Shown: positions 60,863-64,000 of the stretch, piece by piece
Position numbering within the stretch: position 1 is the stretch's first letter
How the letters are laid out: each line of letters begins with the position of its first letter
Source: Alphaproteobacteria bacterium
GTDB taxonomy: Bacteria; Pseudomonadota; Alphaproteobacteria; UBA828
DNA length: 64,000 nucleotides
Reading direction: 5' to 3'
Assembly: GCA_965221125.1 (NCBI GenBank)
Contig: CBDCRW010000004.1
Span: 320,001 to 384,000 of the forward strand
Translations under genes and position numbers: made by a program
Notes under the pieces: generated by a model
Seen by the model: only the letters and a program-made list of their open reading frames with translations
The model's database searches: none
Told to the model about the DNA's origin: nothing

Positions 60863-62890
60863 TCAGAGCTTGCGGGCCTGGCGGTGGCCTTCGTAGACCG
60901 CCTCGTAGGCGGTGCGGGGCGCGGTGGCGTCGCCGATGGTCTCGACCGAGACGCCGCGCGCCGCAACCGCCCCGTGCAGCGCGTTCACAGAGCGCCGGCC
61001 CGTCGCCATGACGATCCAGTCCGCCTCGATCTGCCGCTCGGCTTCGTCGTGGTGGACGTTGTAGAGCGTCACCGTGCTGCCCTCGATGCGGCGGACGAAG
61101 TGGTCGACGCAGACCGTCACGCCGGTCTGGTAGAGCTTGGGCAGGATCCAGTCGAGGTAGACGTCGAGGATGGTCTCCATGCCGACCATGGGCCAGCGGG
61201 TGACGAGCGTCACCTCGTCGGCGCCGCCCTCCTTGCAGGCGACGGCGGTGAGCGGCGCCACCACGTCGCAGAGGTCGTCCAGCACCATCACCCTGCCGCT
61301 GGGCCGGGCCTGGCCCTGCGCCACCGTGTCCCAGCCGACGCAGTTGCCGGTCTCCCAGCCGGGCAGCGGATCGCCGGTCCAGCCCTGGAAGCCGTCGACC
61401 GCGACGGCGGAGCCCGTGGCCACCACCACGTGGTCGGGCTTCACCGCTTCAAGCGCCTGGTCCAGGTCCTCCTCCGTCACCGGCGCGCCGGTGACGATGC
61501 GGCTGCCGTTCTTCTCGGCCTGCGCGGCGAGCCAGCGGCCGATCTCGCCGTACTCGGCGCGGGTCGGCAGCAGCGACTGCACCCGCACGTGGCCGCCGGT
61601 CTCGCCCTCGGCTTCGTAGACCGTCACGTCATGCCCGCGGGCGGAGGCCACGCGCGCGTACTCGAGCCCCGCCGGGCCGCCGCCGATGACCAGCACCGAC
61701 TTGGGCTCGGCCACCTTGACCAGCGTGCCCTCGCCCCACTTCCCCTCGCGGCCCACGGTGGGGTTGTAGATGCACTGCACCCGCCCGCCCCGGCTCACGC
61801 TCTTCCAGCAGAAGTTGGCGGCGACGCATGAGCGGATGTCGTCGGTGTTGCCCTCTTCGGCCTTCTTGGCCCAGTGGGCGTCGGTGAAGAGCTGGCGCGC
61901 GAGGCAGATGGCATCGCCGTCGCCCGCCTCCAGCAGCTGCTCGGCCACGTCCGGCGTGGTGATGCGGCCCACTAGAAGCACCGGCTTCGACGAGACCTCG
62001 CGGATCTTGCGGGCGTAGCCCCGCTCCCAGCCGGCCTCGAACTCCATCGGCGTGTGGATGAAGGCGTGGTGCACGCCGGCCGAGACGTTGACGTAGTCGA
62101 TGTCGGAGCGCTGCTCGATCTCGGCGACGATGCCGCGCACCTCGTCGATCTCGAGGTCGCCCGGCCAGAACGAGGTGGAGTTGATGCGGTAGCCCACGAA
62201 CCTGTCGTCGCCGGCGGCGGCCCGCATCCGCTTCAAGGCTTCGAGCGGGAAGCGCAGGCGGTTCTCCAGCGAGCCGCCCCAGCGGTCGGTGCGCTTGTTG
62301 TAGAGTGGCGAGATGAACTGCCAGGGCAGGTAGCCGTGGCTGAGATGCAGCTCGACGCCGTCGAGCCCCGCGGCGAACGCGCGCTCCGCAGCGCTGCCGA
62401 AGGCCGCCAGCAGCTCCTCGATCTCGTCCTCGTCGAGCTCCTTCGGCGTGGACGCGCCGGGGAACTCGCCCAAGGGCACCTGGCTCGGCGAGACCGAGTA
62501 CCAGGTCGCATCGGGGTCGTAGGTGGCCTCCTGCTTGAAGGTGGGGAAGCCGCGCACGCCCGAGTGCCAGAGCTGGATCGCGAGCTTGCAGCCCTCGGCA
62601 TGAACCGCGTCCGCGATCTTCGACAGCGGCTCGATCTGCCGGTCGTCGAAGAGCTGCGGCATGAGCAGCGGCGCCATGAGCGAGCTCTTGTGGACGTGGG
62701 TGCCCCCGATGATGATGAGCCCGACTCCGCCCTCGGCGCGCTCCCGGTAGTAGTGGGTCGCCATGTCGATGAAGAGCCCGTTCCACGGGTCGGAGACCCA
62801 GCTCGGGCAGGTTGGCGGGAACACCACCCGGTTCTTGATCGTGGTGTTGCGAATCTTCCATTCCGAGAAAAGCCGTGGATAGGCCGCCAT
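60863..62890 (-). CDS. NADH:flavin oxidoreductase (OYE barrel plus FAD/NAD domains; TMADH/DCR-like)
   Basis: YYRERAEGG, HGYL, NKRTDRWGGSLENR, VIGGGPAG, IGDA. Confidence 0.92.
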   Translation of the reverse strand: MAAYPRLFSEWKIRNTTIKNRVVFPPTCPSWVSDPWNGLFIDMATHYYRERAEGGVGLIIIGGTHVHKSSLMAPLLMPQLFDDRQIEPLSKIADAVHAEGCKLAIQLWHSGVRGFPTFKQEATYDPDATWYSVSPSQVPLGEFPGASTPKELDEDEIEELLAAFGSAAERAFAAGLDGVELHLSHGYLPWQFISPLYNKRTDRWGGSLENRLRFPLEALKRMRAAAGDDRFVGYRINSTSFWPGDLEIDEVRGIVAEIEQRSDIDYVNVSAGVHHAFIHTPMEFEAGWERGYARKIREVSSKPVLLVGRITTPDVAEQLLEAGDGDAICLARQLFTDAHWAKKAEEGNTDDIRSCVAANFCWKSVSRGGRVQCIYNPTVGREGKWGEGTLVKVAEPKSVLVIGGGPAGLEYARVASARGHDVTVYEAEGETGGHVRVQSLLPTRAEYGEIGRWLAAQAEKNGSRIVTGAPVTEEDLDQALEAVKPDHVVVATGSAVAVDGFQGWTGDPLPGWETGNCVGWDTVAQGQARPSGRVMVLDDLCDVVAPLTAVACKEGGADEVTLVTRWPMVGMETILDVYLDWILPKLYQTGVTVCVDHFVRRIEGSTVTLYNVHHDEAERQIEADWIVMATGRRSVNALHGAVAARGVSVETIGDATAPRTAYEAVYEGHRQARKL

Positions 62891-63041
62891 GCTGCATTCC
62901 CCCCTGTCGCGGGCGCCGCGCGGGCCGGGCGCCCTGTCCATAACCGCCTCGGTCCATTACACTCGGCTTGGCGCGTGAATGCCAGTTTCACGGCCTCTGG
63001 CTGTCGCGGCCTCGGGCCGGCTCAGACGCAGGAGGGCGGCG

Positions 63042-64000
63042 ATGCCCGACACCTATCGCGCGGTGATCCCCTACGAATCCCTCGATCCGCTGACCATCGG
63101 CTCGGCCGACGATCCGTCCATGGTCTATCGCGAGACTCTCACCCTCGATATCCCCGAGGCCAACCTGCTGGCGGCGCTCTTTCCGGACGAGCCCGCGCCC
63201 CTCGCGAACCCCACGGAGGCGTGCGCGGCCGCGCTGGAGGCGCCGCACTCGGGCCCGCCGTTCTCGCAGATGATCGGGCCGGACAGGAGCCTCGCCATCA
63301 TCATCGACAACCAGTTCCGCCCGACGCCCACCTCGAAGCTGCTGCCGGCGGTGCTCGATGCGGTGGAGGCGCACGGCATCAGGGACGCGCGCGTCGTCTG
63401 CGCCAACGGCAAGGTCTTCCCCATGTCGGAGCGCGACACCGAATTGAAGCTGGGCCGCGAGAACCTCGCGCGCATGGAGCGCCTTGGCATCCCATTCTTT
63501 CAGAACGAGCCGCGCGACCCCGAGCAGTACGTCTTCATCGGCATGACCACGGGTGGCACGCCGGTCTGGCTGCACAGGGAGGTGGCGAAGTCCGACGTCA
63601 CGCTCTCGATGGGCCAGGCGCAGTCGAATCACTGGGGCGCGGGCGGCGGCGGCAAGCTGATCCTGCCCGGCGTGGTCTCGGACGAGACCATCGAATCCAA
63701 CCACTGCGCCTTCGTGATGTCGCCCAAGACCCATTACGGCGCCATGGCAGGGCCGATGCGCACCGACATCGACGAGGCCGCCACCATGTGCGGGCTCACG
63801 GCGACGCTCAACAGCGTGCTGGATACCAGGGGCAGCCTCTGCTTCATCAACTTCGGCGCGCACCCGGACGCGCACCGCGAGGCGATCCGCACCTTCAACG
63901 GCATCTACGCCTACGACCGCCCGGCCGGCGGGCCGGCGGACATCGCCATCTGCGGCGTCTTCGCGCCGACCGACCACCTCTTCTTCCACACCGGCTGGGG
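63042..64000 (+). CDS. Lactate racemase (LarA) superfamily protein; 3' truncated by window edge
   Basis: Hand translation from ATG 63042 (GGAGG RBS): IIIDNQFRPTP, GMTTGGTPVWL, GGGGKLILPGV, IESNH, PMRTDIDEAA; frame open to the end. Confidence 0.82.
   Translation, partial: MPDTYRAVIPYESLDPLTIGSADDPSMVYRETLTLDIPEANLLAALFPDEPAPLANPTEACAAALEAPHSGPPFSQMIGPDRSLAIIIDNQFRPTPTSKLLPAVLDAVEAHGIRDARVVCANGKVFPMSERDTELKLGRENLARMERLGIPFFQNEPRDPEQYVFIGMTTGGTPVWLHREVAKSDVTLSMGQAQSNHWGAGGGGKLILPGVVSDETIESNHCAFVMSPKTHYGAMAGPMRTDIDEAATMCGLTATLNSVLDTRGSLCFINFGAHPDAHREAIRTFNGIYAYDRPAGGPADIAICGVFAPTDHLFFHTGW

Overview
GC-rich bacterial chromosomal segment, most likely an alphaproteobacterium (inferred from ndk, clpS-clpA, gatCAB, a DUF1489 gene and alphaproteobacterial-style sequences). 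About 60 genes: a housekeeping block (9-18 kb) and many accessory C-N hydrolases, flavin/Fe oxygenases and transporters, often separated from their usual partners. No rRNA, tRNA or CRISPR array was seen. Features missing from the ORF track: an internally deleted PIN toxin (8880-8975), a ~0.5 kb IS1380-like remnant with terminal inverted repeats, a frameshifted urease-alpha 3' fragment, a luciferase-like gene broken by a 7-bp repeat, twin back-to-back CueR-type promoters, a dispersed palindrome family, a 10-bp tandem array and a truncated LarA-like gene at the right edge. The best candidates for undescribed systems are (i) 44.4-50.3 kb, an amidohydrolase/DUF59 pair normally tied to propane-type monooxygenases, here divergent from a cyclase-CobW-amidase-isochorismatase operon, and (ii) 51.2-56.1 kb, three oxygenases plus an enamidase homolog with a remodelled metal site. 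All family calls come from motif recognition, not database searches.
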